This document shows positions 9,436 through 18,405 of a stretch of 50,853 nt of DNA, one piece after another (within the stretch, counting starts at the first letter, position 1; each line of letters starts with the position of its first letter). The translations under genes were made by a program, and so were the position numbers. The DNA comes from Escherichia phage BEBK14, in sequence record MN158214.1. The stretch is one strand, 5' to 3'. Under the pieces are notes generated by a model, which had not been told where the DNA came from, searched no databases, and saw only the letters and a list, made by a program, of their open reading frames with translations.

Positions 9436-10131
9436 ATGGCTACAGTAACTGTTATACCTACTGATATAACGAAGCTGAAAAATGATGTTTCTACGATAAA
9501 ACAGGATGTTTCGACACTAAAGCAGGATGTCGCCGGAAAAGCATCAACTACTGATGTTGACAATAAGTTGAAACCGTATCTAAAACAAACTGATCTATCA
9601 TCCGAGTTGAGTAGCGGAAGGTATAGTGGGAGTTTTTACCCCCTAACTGGTAACGATGCATTTTATTTATTTAATATTAACACAACCGCTCAATCAGCAA
9701 ACTTATGGCTTGATCCAAATGCTGGAGTGTCGCAAGTTTTACGCTCCACTTCCTCTTCTCGTTATAAGAGCAGCGTAGAATCGGTTATTGATGAATATGC
9801 GGATCTGATGCTTGAAATGCGTCCTGTGTGGTATCGGTCAACTTGTGAAAGCGACCGTAAAGATTGGGGATGGTACGGACTGATTGCAGAGGAAGTTGGA
9901 GAGGTTGCGCCGGAGTACGTTCACTGGCGACCGCTGCAAGAAGGAGAAGATCCTGCCATTGCTTCAAGTAATGGCATGGTGGCGGAAGGCGTTATGTATG
10001 ACCGCCTCACTGTTCCACTGATTCACCACGTCAAGAATCTGAAAGCGGAAAATGAGGAGATGAGAAAAGAAATTGACGAGCTAAAAGCGGTTGTAGCGGC
10101 ACTGGTAAACAAACCAACCACGTTAGACTAA
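9436..10131 (+). CDS. short fibre-like protein with C-terminal intramolecular chaperone (peptidase S74-like) domain
   Basis: N-terminal heptad repeats; C-terminal segment (GLIAEEVGEVAPEYV...MYDRLTVPLIHHVKNLKAENEEM) resembling endosialidase-chaperone domains. Confidence 0.5.
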   Translation: MATVTVIPTDITKLKNDVSTIKQDVSTLKQDVAGKASTTDVDNKLKPYLKQTDLSSELSSGRYSGSFYPLTGNDAFYLFNINTTAQSANLWLDPNAGVSQVLRSTSSSRYKSSVESVIDEYADLMLEMRPVWYRSTCESDRKDWGWYGLIAEEVGEVAPEYVHWRPLQEGEDPAIASSNGMVAEGVMYDRLTVPLIHHVKNLKAENEEMRKEIDELKAVVAALVNKPTTLD

Positions 10132-10137
10132 AAAAAT

Positions 10138-10159
10138 GCCCCGCATATGCGGGGCTTTT
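10138..10159. terminator. bidirectional rho-independent terminator
   Basis: GCCCCGCATATGCGGGGC flanked by A-run and T-run, between convergent genes. Confidence 0.65.
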
Positions 10160-10163
10160 GTTA

Positions 10164-10610
10164 TCAGAATGGAATGTCGTCGTCAAAATTCATTGGCGGC
10201 TGATTGCTTTTCTGTGGTTGCTGGCGAGGATGCTGCTGTTGCGGTTGCCCCCATCCACCTTGATTCTGCTGTTGCTGCTGTCCTTCGGTGCGCTGGCTGA
10301 ATACCAGTCGTGGTTGTTCCATCTGCAACGTTACGTAGTTGTTACCGTTATGCTCGCGCTGGTTGATGCGTAGAACTTCCGCAGAGATGGAAACGACTTT
10401 ACCAACCTGCAACGCGTTATCATACCACTGACGCATTGCATCGCTTGATGCGAAGAACGTTGCGCTATAGTTTGAATATATCCGTTCACCACTCTGTTTG
10501 TCTTTAATAGACTCCGACAATTCCACAATATACATCTTGTAAGCGCCGGAGTTGCTTTGTCCTTCTTTTGTGTATGGCTCTTTTCGGATCGTTCCTGTGA
10601 CTACGTGCAT
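10164..10610 (-). CDS. ssb: single-stranded DNA-binding protein
   Basis: OB-fold-like N-terminus, Gln/Gly-rich linker and acidic C-terminal tail DDDIPF; AGGAG RBS before ATG at 10610. Confidence 0.75.
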   Translation of the reverse strand: MHVVTGTIRKEPYTKEGQSNSGAYKMYIVELSESIKDKQSGERIYSNYSATFFASSDAMRQWYDNALQVGKVVSISAEVLRINQREHNGNNYVTLQMEQPRLVFSQRTEGQQQQQNQGGWGQPQQQHPRQQPQKSNQPPMNFDDDIPF

Positions 10611-10631
10611 TTTGTTTTCTCCTATGAAAAT

Positions 10632-10647
10632 GGGGCGCAAGCGCCCC
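10632..10647 (-). terminator. hairpin, terminator candidate between Erf and SSB
   Basis: GGGGCGCAAGCGCCCC followed by T-rich tract on minus strand. Confidence 0.45.
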
Positions 10648-10651
10648 GTTT

Positions 10652-11305
10652 TTATTCAAAATCGGTGATGTTAGCCGATTGTACTTGCTCAGGTTTTGCG
10701 GTGTCAACGGAATCACTTGCCAGATTCTTTTTCGGTTGCGCTGGATTAAAACCGCGAGCGCCGCAGATTTCGATTTCTGCTTTTCGTTTCTCGTAGTGTT
10801 CCTTAACGACCTGTTTACTTGCTGGATCGCTTGCGCTCCATGCTTTCTTGAATGTTTCCTGCAATTCAGGCACTGACTCGCATTTATCAAGATCACGTTT
10901 CCAGTCGTTTGCAGACTTAACAGCGATTTGCGCATCATCGTCAGCCTGGCTTAAACCGAACGCTGCCGCCGCAGAATAGCGCCTACCGTATGTAAAAGCA
11001 GATCCTACACCTTGCGGATCATTCTTCACGATTGGGATGTCAAAGAAATATTTCACCCACTGACCTGATGTGTGCATTACTGTTGTTTCGACTCGCAGCG
11101 TGTTATTTTCGATGCGGCTGCCGTCCTGCATTAGCATTAGGTCGTTATCCATCAACGCTGGAGTTATTGCATCAAGTACAGCGTCAAGTGTGGCGTAACG
11201 GTTTTTCAGATGGCTGTTTTGTCGGTCTTTTTTAACCTTCACAAACATTGAACGCGCTTTGTGTAGCGCCGGAAGTACAAGATCGAATTTCTCTGATAGC
11301 TGCAT
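10652..11305 (-). CDS. erf: Erf-family single-strand annealing protein
   Basis: resemblance to Erf recombinases ([12 protein letters not shown]...); adjacent to SSB and exonuclease. Confidence 0.6.
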   Translation of the reverse strand: MQLSEKFDLVLPALHKARSMFVKVKKDRQNSHLKNRYATLDAVLDAITPALMDNDLMLMQDGSRIENNTLRVETTVMHTSGQWVKYFFDIPIVKNDPQGVGSAFTYGRRYSAAAAFGLSQADDDAQIAVKSANDWKRDLDKCESVPELQETFKKAWSASDPASKQVVKEHYEKRKAEIEICGARGFNPAQPKKNLASDSVDTAKPEQVQSANITDFE

Positions 11306-11381
11306 AATTAACCCCTTATTTGTTAACCTGCGCGGCGAATTATAACACCGCGCTAATCATTTGTTTAGCTATTTGTGCGGT

Positions 11382-12443
11382 TTAAATCAGATACTGCTTG
11401 AACTGTCGGCGCACAAATTCAGGCGTATCCAAGCAAACTTCCGGCTCACCGTTTGCATACGCAGGCCATACGTCATGATGCTGGCACATAGCAAACTGTT
11501 GGATCACGCTAACATACTGGACTCGGCCTATCTTCAATTGCTCGCTGTTCATGCGGAAAGCCAACGGCAAATAAGGCTCTTTCTTCTCCTGGGCTAACAG
11601 GCGCATAACTACAGGGCGCTTCTCGTCTGGATATGCCTTCCTGAATAAATCATGTTGCAGCGCCATTTTCAGATAATAGCCGTGGTTGTAAGCCAGTCGC
11701 ATAAACTCCATCGGATTTGCGCTCATTGTGGTTTTGTAGTCAGTTATAACAACCGCTTCTGGATAGATAATATCGCGGCAAATTGGCTGACCTTTTTCGT
11801 CATAACCATCAATTAGCGTGGCGGTGACGTTTTTCACTACGTCAACGTGATCACATCGAACTTTAACTTTTACGCCGTTGATTTCGCCGAATAACGACAA
11901 TTCACGCTGTGCCGTCGGGCTGTTCATGCAGGCGTTATGTTCCGGTATGGATTCCAGAACCTGGCGCATTGCCACGCAAGCATCGTAATCTTTCGCGTCG
12001 ATTAACTGTACGCCGTCGGCTCTGGCCTGGCTTTCTGCGATCATGTCGATTAACCACATGATGTTAAGGTCTTCGCCACAATCAACCATCATTTTGATAA
12101 GGTCGGGGTAAGCCTTTCCGCTTGTCCCTTTCAGGCCAAAAGATTTCAGCTTTGCAGCCAATGCCGTTTGGCTTGTGATCAACTCTTTGAAGTCTTCCGG
12201 CGCTGGCGCACGGCGGTAAGTTTTATCAAATAGCTCCTTGCTTTCGAAGTTGGTATGCGACTGCGTACCGAAAACGAGCGCCTTGCTCTTATCGTCGCGC
12301 GGCTTGAACTTCCACGCAGCAGGGCAAGTGCTGTAAATCTCTGCCAGACTTGAACCGCTAACATATTCAGCCGTCCATGCTTCTGGATCGTGATAAAGCT
12401 CGTTGCTCATTTCTGCGCTGGTGTAAGCCATAAATTTATTCAT
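11382..12443 (-). CDS. putative recombination exonuclease
   Basis: 353-aa ORF in recombination module next to Erf; GAGGG RBS; family assignment is inferred from context. Confidence 0.4.
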   Translation of the reverse strand: MNKFMAYTSAEMSNELYHDPEAWTAEYVSGSSLAEIYSTCPAAWKFKPRDDKSKALVFGTQSHTNFESKELFDKTYRRAPAPEDFKELITSQTALAAKLKSFGLKGTSGKAYPDLIKMMVDCGEDLNIMWLIDMIAESQARADGVQLIDAKDYDACVAMRQVLESIPEHNACMNSPTAQRELSLFGEINGVKVKVRCDHVDVVKNVTATLIDGYDEKGQPICRDIIYPEAVVITDYKTTMSANPMEFMRLAYNHGYYLKMALQHDLFRKAYPDEKRPVVMRLLAQEKKEPYLPLAFRMNSEQLKIGRVQYVSVIQQFAMCQHHDVWPAYANGEPEVCLDTPEFVRRQFKQYLI

Positions 12444-12560
12444 GATTAGCCCTCATTGGTTGGTATGCCTGCATTTTAGCTATTTGATGCGTTTAGTCAA
12501 TAGGTGATTTGTTTTTTCTGTTTTCTAAACGCTTCTTTTGGGCTTAAGAACAAAATCTGA

Positions 12561-12790
12561 TTATAAGTGATTGAATATCAGGTTGTTATTTTTCTGTTCT
12601 CGCGTTCGCGTATCTGCTCAGCTTTATACATACATATGCAATACACAGTGAGCATCTGTAATTACATAAATCAATACACTCACCAAACATGCTACACACC
12701 ACAACCCAATGAAACACAGAGAACAAATAAAAACAAATATAGATACATAGATAAATAAACTCTTTATTTTTTATGTATATAGATGATTTT
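12561..12790. other. AT-rich divergent control region A with GTTCGCG repeats and poly-purine/AT block
   Basis: no ORFs; TTATAAGTG...GTTATTTT...GTTCTCGCGTTCGCG and ATACATAGATAAATAAACTCTTTATTTT blocks homologous to 43022..43350. Confidence 0.55.
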
Positions 12791-12880
12791 ACTGTCTATT
12801 GTTTGTCCAATTTGTGTTTAAGTTTTGCGCTAAAATTAAGGAGGTGTGAATTTGATAACAAGCGAGAACAGAAAAAACAA

Positions 12881-12897
12881 ATAGCACTTTTTGCTAA
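12881..12897 (+). promoter_or_regulatory. 17-bp box copy (variant TTGCTAA)
   Basis: TATAGT at 12918..12923, 20 bp downstream; precedes lipoprotein gene. Confidence 0.5.
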
Positions 12898-12954
12898 ACT
12901 CGATGTTCAAGATCTTGTATAGTTGGAAACAACAACAACTAAGGAGATACAAAG

Positions 12955-13224
12955 ATGAAAAAATTAATCGCAGTTATCGCCACCGTAGCCGCTCTGACCG
13001 GATGCGCAGCGTCGCCTACTGGCAGCTTCAAAAAGATCGATTGCACGGCAAAATTTAACGTTAAAACATTCCCTGTTAACGGATTCCATGAAGTCAAAAT
13101 TAATGCAGTACGCGAAAACAGATTCAGCCAAAAGCAATACAGGTTGAGCGTTGACAATAAAGAAGTTAAATTTATCAACCGCTGGCAAAATGAAAGTAAA
13201 TTTATTGATTTGAGGTGTAATTAA
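12955..13224 (+). CDS. lipoprotein, possible Cor-like superinfection exclusion protein
   Basis: signal peptide + lipobox LTGC; 89 aa; sits beside tail-fibre/J region as cor does in T1-like phages. Confidence 0.45.
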   Translation: MKKLIAVIATVAALTGCAASPTGSFKKIDCTAKFNVKTFPVNGFHEVKINAVRENRFSQKQYRLSVDNKEVKFINRWQNESKFIDLRCN

Positions 13225-13502
13225 TGGCGCAATATGGTTATGCAATATATGACGATCGAGGAAGGGAAGTTACAGGACTTTTAACGCCTGTTTTCTTTCT
13301 TGATAAATTCACTCAGCCATCAGGTAGCAAGACTTACCAAAACAGGCCGCCAGGTAAATCATTGAAAGCAATATATGTTGGCATGAATTCCTGGCGTGGT
13401 GGCGACCCTGGCGCACCAAACTTATCGGTAAGTGGCGACACCGTTACATGGAGTGGGCTTTCTGGATCTGATTCAAGATATATATATACTTTTTGGGGGT
13501 GA
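13224..13502 (+). CDS. hypothetical protein
   Basis: ORF translationally coupled to neighbours (ATGG/TGATG overlaps). Confidence 0.4.
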   Translation: MAQYGYAIYDDRGREVTGLLTPVFFLDKFTQPSGSKTYQNRPPGKSLKAIYVGMNSWRGGDPGAPNLSVSGDTVTWSGLSGSDSRYIYTFWG

Positions 13503-14119
13503 TGATGTACGGGATGAGCATAAAAAAATCAGACGGATCATTATGGTTAAGCCCAGATTTCACTCCGGTTAATCTAATTGATCGGGCAGTTATATCTGCT
13601 AATACCGGAACAGTTTTTACTTCGTCAATTCCTATTGATAGGGTGTGTTTTTTCTTTGTTAGATTGACTGCTAAATCATACATATCATTTACGCAATTTA
13701 ACAATGGAGGAAGACACGCAATAAGACTTGATAGATCTGATAATCAGGGGGATGTTATTGTTTATGCTTTTAGCAACATGGTTACGCCTCCTGGTAGTCA
13801 CGGGATAGCATTTTATAATGCTAGTGGTGAAATGGTTTATCATGGAAAAATGAGGCCTTTGGATGCAAAACTTGTATCTGTAAGCGGGATCGCGTTTGAT
13901 GTTAATTTGGGATACCCTTGCGCCATAATGCCATCACTGACAGCGTTAAACTCTGTTCCTAATCCGGCTTTAGGTGGATTCATGATATTTGAATCTCAGG
14001 CTGCTGCGTATGGCAACGGTGTATATTCTTTCTCTAGGCAAGTTGCACAAACTCCTGGCCCAGTTGGTATTTACACCGCTTCATCTGTTTTGGTTATAAA
14101 TACATCACACTATGATTAA
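13502..14119 (+). CDS. hypothetical protein (AT-rich, N-terminus paralogous to 13224..13502)
   Basis: ATG overlaps upstream TGA; ends at bidirectional terminator. Confidence 0.4.
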   Translation: MMYGMSIKKSDGSLWLSPDFTPVNLIDRAVISANTGTVFTSSIPIDRVCFFFVRLTAKSYISFTQFNNGGRHAIRLDRSDNQGDVIVYAFSNMVTPPGSHGIAFYNASGEMVYHGKMRPLDAKLVSVSGIAFDVNLGYPCAIMPSLTALNSVPNPALGGFMIFESQAAAYGNGVYSFSRQVAQTPGPVGIYTASSVLVINTSHYD

Positions 14120-14126
14120 AATTAAA

Positions 14127-14147
14127 GGGGGCTATGCCCCCTTTTTT
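14127..14147. terminator. bidirectional rho-independent terminator
   Basis: GGGGGCTATGCCCCC + T6, between convergent genes; overlaps J stop. Confidence 0.65.
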
Positions 14148-17100
14148 ACCAGCTTCCGGTAATCCTTCCGACTTCAACCCTCAATACTCCGTTTGCATCT
14201 TTTACCTTCAATCCCTCATTGGTGAATTTAGTAGCTCCTTCTCCTGGCGTTGATCCGTAATTCTCAAAGATTCCGTTTTTATCAAGCCTCCATCCTTGCT
14301 GGTTTTGAACAAAGTTGTTTGACTGAATAACATTACCAATCATCGCATTAGTGATTGATCCGTTCTTCACCAAAAGACTATTAATGAAAACCTGATTATT
14401 CTCAACCACGAAAGGCAAAGTGAAAGTCCCTCCAGTAGAGCTAGTCATAATGGCGAACCTGTTCGCATCAAACAAAACTTGCGAGATAAGACCGGATGAA
14501 CCCTGAGAAAGCTGCATTACCATGCCTGCGCTGTACTTCTGCCCCTTGTAAGTAAGACCCAATTTCATAGCGTACTTAGCGCCAACCGAATCAACGTTAG
14601 CCCACGAATCCAACTTTTCAACCAATGCAGATTCAACGTCGCCAAATCGTGCTGTTAATGCCTGATCGGCTTGTACTCGCGCCTCCTCTTCATTGGCGAT
14701 AGCTTGCCTTACTTCCGAAATGCTGGCCTCAACGTCAACCTTGATTGCATCATTGAGATCATTAATCTCTTTAGTAAATTTTGCATCAAGCTGTTGTACC
14801 GCTTGCGCTCGCGCTTCTGACTCGTTAGTGATTGTCTGCCTTACATCGCTAATGCTTGCAGAAGTATCCTTGCGCACACCGTCGATTTCTTTTGTGAATT
14901 TAGAATCAAGCTGCTGAATTTGAGTTGCTCGCGTCTCTGATTCAGTGGCGATTGCCTCCTGCACTGTCTTAATGCTTGATGTTATCTCGCCATCAATTGA
15001 AGCCCTCAATTCTTCGATTTGAGTTACTCGCGCCTCAGTCTCATTTGCGATCAACTGAACAGCATGACCATATTCAGCCTTTCGCTTTCCGTTCTGTACT
15101 CGCGTCCATTTCAAGTTAGCGTCAATCGCCAAAGCGTTCTGGATTATTGCCTGCGCCTGGTCTTTGATCTTGTTCGCGCTTTCGATGGCGTTCTCCTTGA
15201 TTTCTTGCCCTGCTTCGCTATCAAAAATCTTATCAAGAATATCTCCTAAAACAGATTCAACATCATCTGATGCCATGCCACGAACAAAATCAGTCCAGCT
15301 AGAAACGTTGCCGATTCTGTCAACGCTGCGGATTCTATACCAGACAACCTGACCCGCTGGTAGTGTACTGTGCCAGTATTCATATTGCGGGTATGGGATC
15401 AGCGTTAACAGGCTTGAGTTTTCAACCGTTCCGTCTGGCGACTGGTGAAGCTCAATGTAGGCCGTGTCTCCGCTTCCTTCTGGCATACCCCATTTAATAC
15501 GAATGCCGAAAACTTCATTATCTGATGCGGTTAAGTTAACTGGCGCGCCTGGCTCACCAACTTTACCAGTCAGGGATGCTGTTGCAATCTTCGACCATGC
15601 TGACGTACTGCCGGAAGCTGAAACAGATCTGACCCTTACTTGATAGTTCCCTGAATAAATCCCTTCTACTTCCGTCTCTTTGTTCGCTGTGCGCGGCGTA
15701 TTTAGCCAGTTGCCATCACCTTTTCGCCATTGCATTTCATACAGTGACGCATAAGGCACTTTATCCCACGACACAACCATCGTCTCAACGCTAACACCCT
15801 GGACAACACGGGAATATGACGACACCTGAACATTTTCCGGGGCTTGCATGATGTCCGGCTGCACGATTGAGATAGGACGATCATCAATGTTTACGCCATA
15901 ATCAATTTCGTCGTATTTGTTAGGATCGTATTCAACCGCCGTAATCGAGTAGGTAAATTCTTCCTCAGTGTCACCCTTGCTGATTCCTGTTACAACGTAC
16001 TGTTGCAACGCAAGGTCTGTTCGGTCGATTGCAAATACGGTGTCCGGTTTTACGTCGAATCCGAACCCTACGTTTAACTCAATGGTTTTTCCGTCCGCGC
16101 TGACTTTTGAGATTGTGCGCTTAACTGGTTTTCCGTCCGGTCTGTTGATGATAATGAAATCACCTGGTCTAGCGTCAATCTTAAACGGAACGAATACCTG
16201 CAATCCGGAAACTTCCATTACGCGACCTGATAGGTTGAGCGTTAAGTTGCTGCTCAGGAAGTTATCAGAAATCGCGATAACGTCACCGATAGATGGGATC
16301 ATCCCTTCCAGCCCGGTAGCAAAGTTTACCGTTTGGCTGCGCAGGTTGGTTTTCAGTATCCAGCGTCCGCGTCGATTCGCTTCGCTTCGACGGGTACAAC
16401 CAATCGCCGTGATACTTGTTGGATTGTAGCCAAAACGTAACGCCGCCTCAGTGTCAAATACGCCCTCAACGTCCTGTTGATACATGTTTTGCTCATCGTC
16501 AAACGTAACGTTGCATTGAGTGTACATGCTCTTTTCGCTGGCGCTCGTGTACTGAAAATCTCCATTAATTACGTTGTCGTTTGTAAAGATGTATGATGGC
16601 TCGCGCGGTTTATCCACCACTACAGACAAGCTCTCGCCATTCCAAAAAGTCATTCCTCGGAAGATTGAGCAAATGTCACGAATAAGCTGATAAGCCTCAA
16701 TCTGGCTTTGAATCACCATATCGCATAGGTAGCGCGGCTCTGTTCCTCCCTTGCCATCTGGAACCATCTGATCACAATACACCCCAGCCTCGTATAGACT
16801 CCACTTGTCGATCTGTATTCCCAATTCTCGTTGATCAAGTCCATAACGCTGATTAGTAACCAAATCGTAAAGAACCCATGCCGGATTATTTGACCACGCT
16901 TTTTTAAATGTTCCGTCCCATGTTCCAGAATACCGACGAGATACAGGATCGTAATTGCTGGGAACCTGAATCAACTTCCATTTCTTTTTAATTGAAATGT
17001 TAGGGATCTGGTTAGGGAACAGTTCGCTGTCAAACTCGACGTAAACAAGCCCAGTCAGTGGGTAACGGAATTTTGCATCAATTACCTCGGCGTAACTCTG

Positions 17101-17724
17101 AATGCGGATCAGATCTGTTACCTTAGACGTTGTGCTGTCAGGTGTAACACGGCGAACGCGAAGCAAAACACGCTCATTGAATTTCGGCAAGTCAATGCGT
17201 CGGCTACGGTCGTATCCGGTGCGCGTCTTGCCGTTAATGGTGTCGGTCATTACTTCTTTGTATGAATCACCATCAACCGCCATATCAACTGCATATGTAA
17301 CGGTAACGCCCACCAGGTCGCCGTTATCCTCCTGCTTAATACCCACTGGCATTAGCATTTTGATGCGTATTGCGGAAAGCGTCTTATTCGTTACCGACAA
17401 AACATATGGCGTATTTGTAGTCAAATCTCGATTGATGATCACCTCGTTTGACGTGTCAGTAAAACCCTGAATGTATTCCTGATCCTGCGTTCCTGGCCTA
17501 AACTCTGCTTTAACGCCTGGATAGTTTACAGTTCCATCGTCAGCGATAACCGGAACATCATCAAGATACAGATCACGTAATGAGAAATCCGCGTCACACT
17601 CACCATCGGATACGGCAAGCAGGATTTTAATTTTGTTTATTGAAATCAGGTTATCTTCAAGGTCTTTAGGCACGTAAGGTTTTTTCGACCCACCCTTACT
17701 GCCAGTTATAATATTTTTAGCCAT
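14146..17724 (-). CDS. central tail fibre / host specificity protein (lambda J-like)
   Basis: 1192 aa; N-terminus GSKGGSKKPYVPKDLEDNL resembles lambda gpJ start; C-terminal coiled-coil repeats. Confidence 0.8.
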   Translation of the reverse strand: MAKNIITGSKGGSKKPYVPKDLEDNLISINKIKILLAVSDGECDADFSLRDLYLDDVPVIADDGTVNYPGVKAEFRPGTQDQEYIQGFTDTSNEVIINRDLTTNTPYVLSVTNKTLSAIRIKMLMPVGIKQEDNGDLVGVTVTYAVDMAVDGDSYKEVMTDTINGKTRTGYDRSRRIDLPKFNERVLLRVRRVTPDSTTSKVTDLIRIQSYAEVIDAKFRYPLTGLVYVEFDSELFPNQIPNISIKKKWKLIQVPSNYDPVSRRYSGTWDGTFKKAWSNNPAWVLYDLVTNQRYGLDQRELGIQIDKWSLYEAGVYCDQMVPDGKGGTEPRYLCDMVIQSQIEAYQLIRDICSIFRGMTFWNGESLSVVVDKPREPSYIFTNDNVINGDFQYTSASEKSMYTQCNVTFDDEQNMYQQDVEGVFDTEAALRFGYNPTSITAIGCTRRSEANRRGRWILKTNLRSQTVNFATGLEGMIPSIGDVIAISDNFLSSNLTLNLSGRVMEVSGLQVFVPFKIDARPGDFIIINRPDGKPVKRTISKVSADGKTIELNVGFGFDVKPDTVFAIDRTDLALQQYVVTGISKGDTEEEFTYSITAVEYDPNKYDEIDYGVNIDDRPISIVQPDIMQAPENVQVSSYSRVVQGVSVETMVVSWDKVPYASLYEMQWRKGDGNWLNTPRTANKETEVEGIYSGNYQVRVRSVSASGSTSAWSKIATASLTGKVGEPGAPVNLTASDNEVFGIRIKWGMPEGSGDTAYIELHQSPDGTVENSSLLTLIPYPQYEYWHSTLPAGQVVWYRIRSVDRIGNVSSWTDFVRGMASDDVESVLGDILDKIFDSEAGQEIKENAIESANKIKDQAQAIIQNALAIDANLKWTRVQNGKRKAEYGHAVQLIANETEARVTQIEELRASIDGEITSSIKTVQEAIATESETRATQIQQLDSKFTKEIDGVRKDTSASISDVRQTITNESEARAQAVQQLDAKFTKEINDLNDAIKVDVEASISEVRQAIANEEEARVQADQALTARFGDVESALVEKLDSWANVDSVGAKYAMKLGLTYKGQKYSAGMVMQLSQGSSGLISQVLFDANRFAIMTSSTGGTFTLPFVVENNQVFINSLLVKNGSITNAMIGNVIQSNNFVQNQQGWRLDKNGIFENYGSTPGEGATKFTNEGLKVKDANGVLRVEVGRITGSW
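14690..15060. repeat. imperfect ~114-bp period repeats encoding C-terminal coiled coil of J-like protein
   Basis: repeated ESEARxQAxQQLDxKFTKEI segments in translation; repetitive shadow ORFs on opposite strand. Confidence 0.5.
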
Positions 17725-17779
17725 GTTTTTTTTACCTTTTGTGCTATTTGCGTGTTTACATTATACGGACGAAAAAAAA

Positions 17780-17797
17780 GCCGCGCAACGCGCGACT
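17780..17797. terminator. hairpin, terminator/attenuator candidate between I-like and J-like genes
   Basis: GC-rich inverted repeat flanked by A8 and T5. Confidence 0.4.
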
Positions 17798-17805
17798 CTT
17801 TTTGT

Positions 17806-18405
17806 TTATGCTTTATCTTCCGCGTAGCTTCCAGCCGACCAGATCGCACCACCAACGGTGCGCAATCCGTAAGGTATTGGAAGTGGATAGCCAGCCGCAG
17901 AAGTGTTTACAGCCCCACCAAAGGCATATGACGGTTTGTTCTCTGTGGCTGTTGCCTGCATTTTTGCCCCTCCTGGTTGCGGTGATAGCATTTGCGTTAC
18001 CCCTCCCAATGCCATAGCGCCACCCATAAGGAAAGCAGACGATGCAAACGAACTAGCCATCATTGCTGCTACGCCGCCAGTTGCAACCACTGCCACTGCC
18101 ATGATTGTAACACCCAAGATGGATTGGAACAGGCCGCCGGACTTCGACCCCGTGGGAATTGGAATTATCCTGATCTCTTTCGCGCATTGCCAGGTGCGAT
18201 CGTCATGCTGGCTAATCTCTTTGCCGTCAACAATAACAGCGTAACGCATACGCGATCCCACCTCGCTTTGCATGTAATCCTTGAATCCTTCAATCTGTGA
18301 AGAAAGGGCGCGGATTGCTTCGGGGTATGAGTCAACGGCTAATTTGTGAAATACACCAAAACGACGGCCTAACGACCCCGACAATTTAATTGTTTTCAAT
18401 GTCAT
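17806..18405 (-). CDS. tail assembly protein (lambda I-like)
   Basis: size, Gly/Ala-rich C-terminus and position after K-like gene. Confidence 0.6.
   Translation of the reverse strand: MTLKTIKLSGSLGRRFGVFHKLAVDSYPEAIRALSSQIEGFKDYMQSEVGSRMRYAVIVDGKEISQHDDRTWQCAKEIRIIPIPTGSKSGGLFQSILGVTIMAVAVVATGGVAAMMASSFASSAFLMGGAMALGGVTQMLSPQPGGAKMQATATENKPSYAFGGAVNTSAAGYPLPIPYGLRTVGGAIWSAGSYAEDKA

Noticed and set aside
14693-17470. Several plus-strand ORFs inside the J-like gene
   Set aside because: Shadow ORFs produced by the repetitive coiled-coil coding sequence on the opposite strand.
17739-17748. Degenerate box-like sequences at 17739 (TGTGCTATTT), ~37656 (TTAACAGAACGAATAGTAT) and ~41798 (TTAACAAAATTATTT)
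   Set aside because: Only partial matches to the 17-bp consensus and no consistent -10 partner; not counted as copies.
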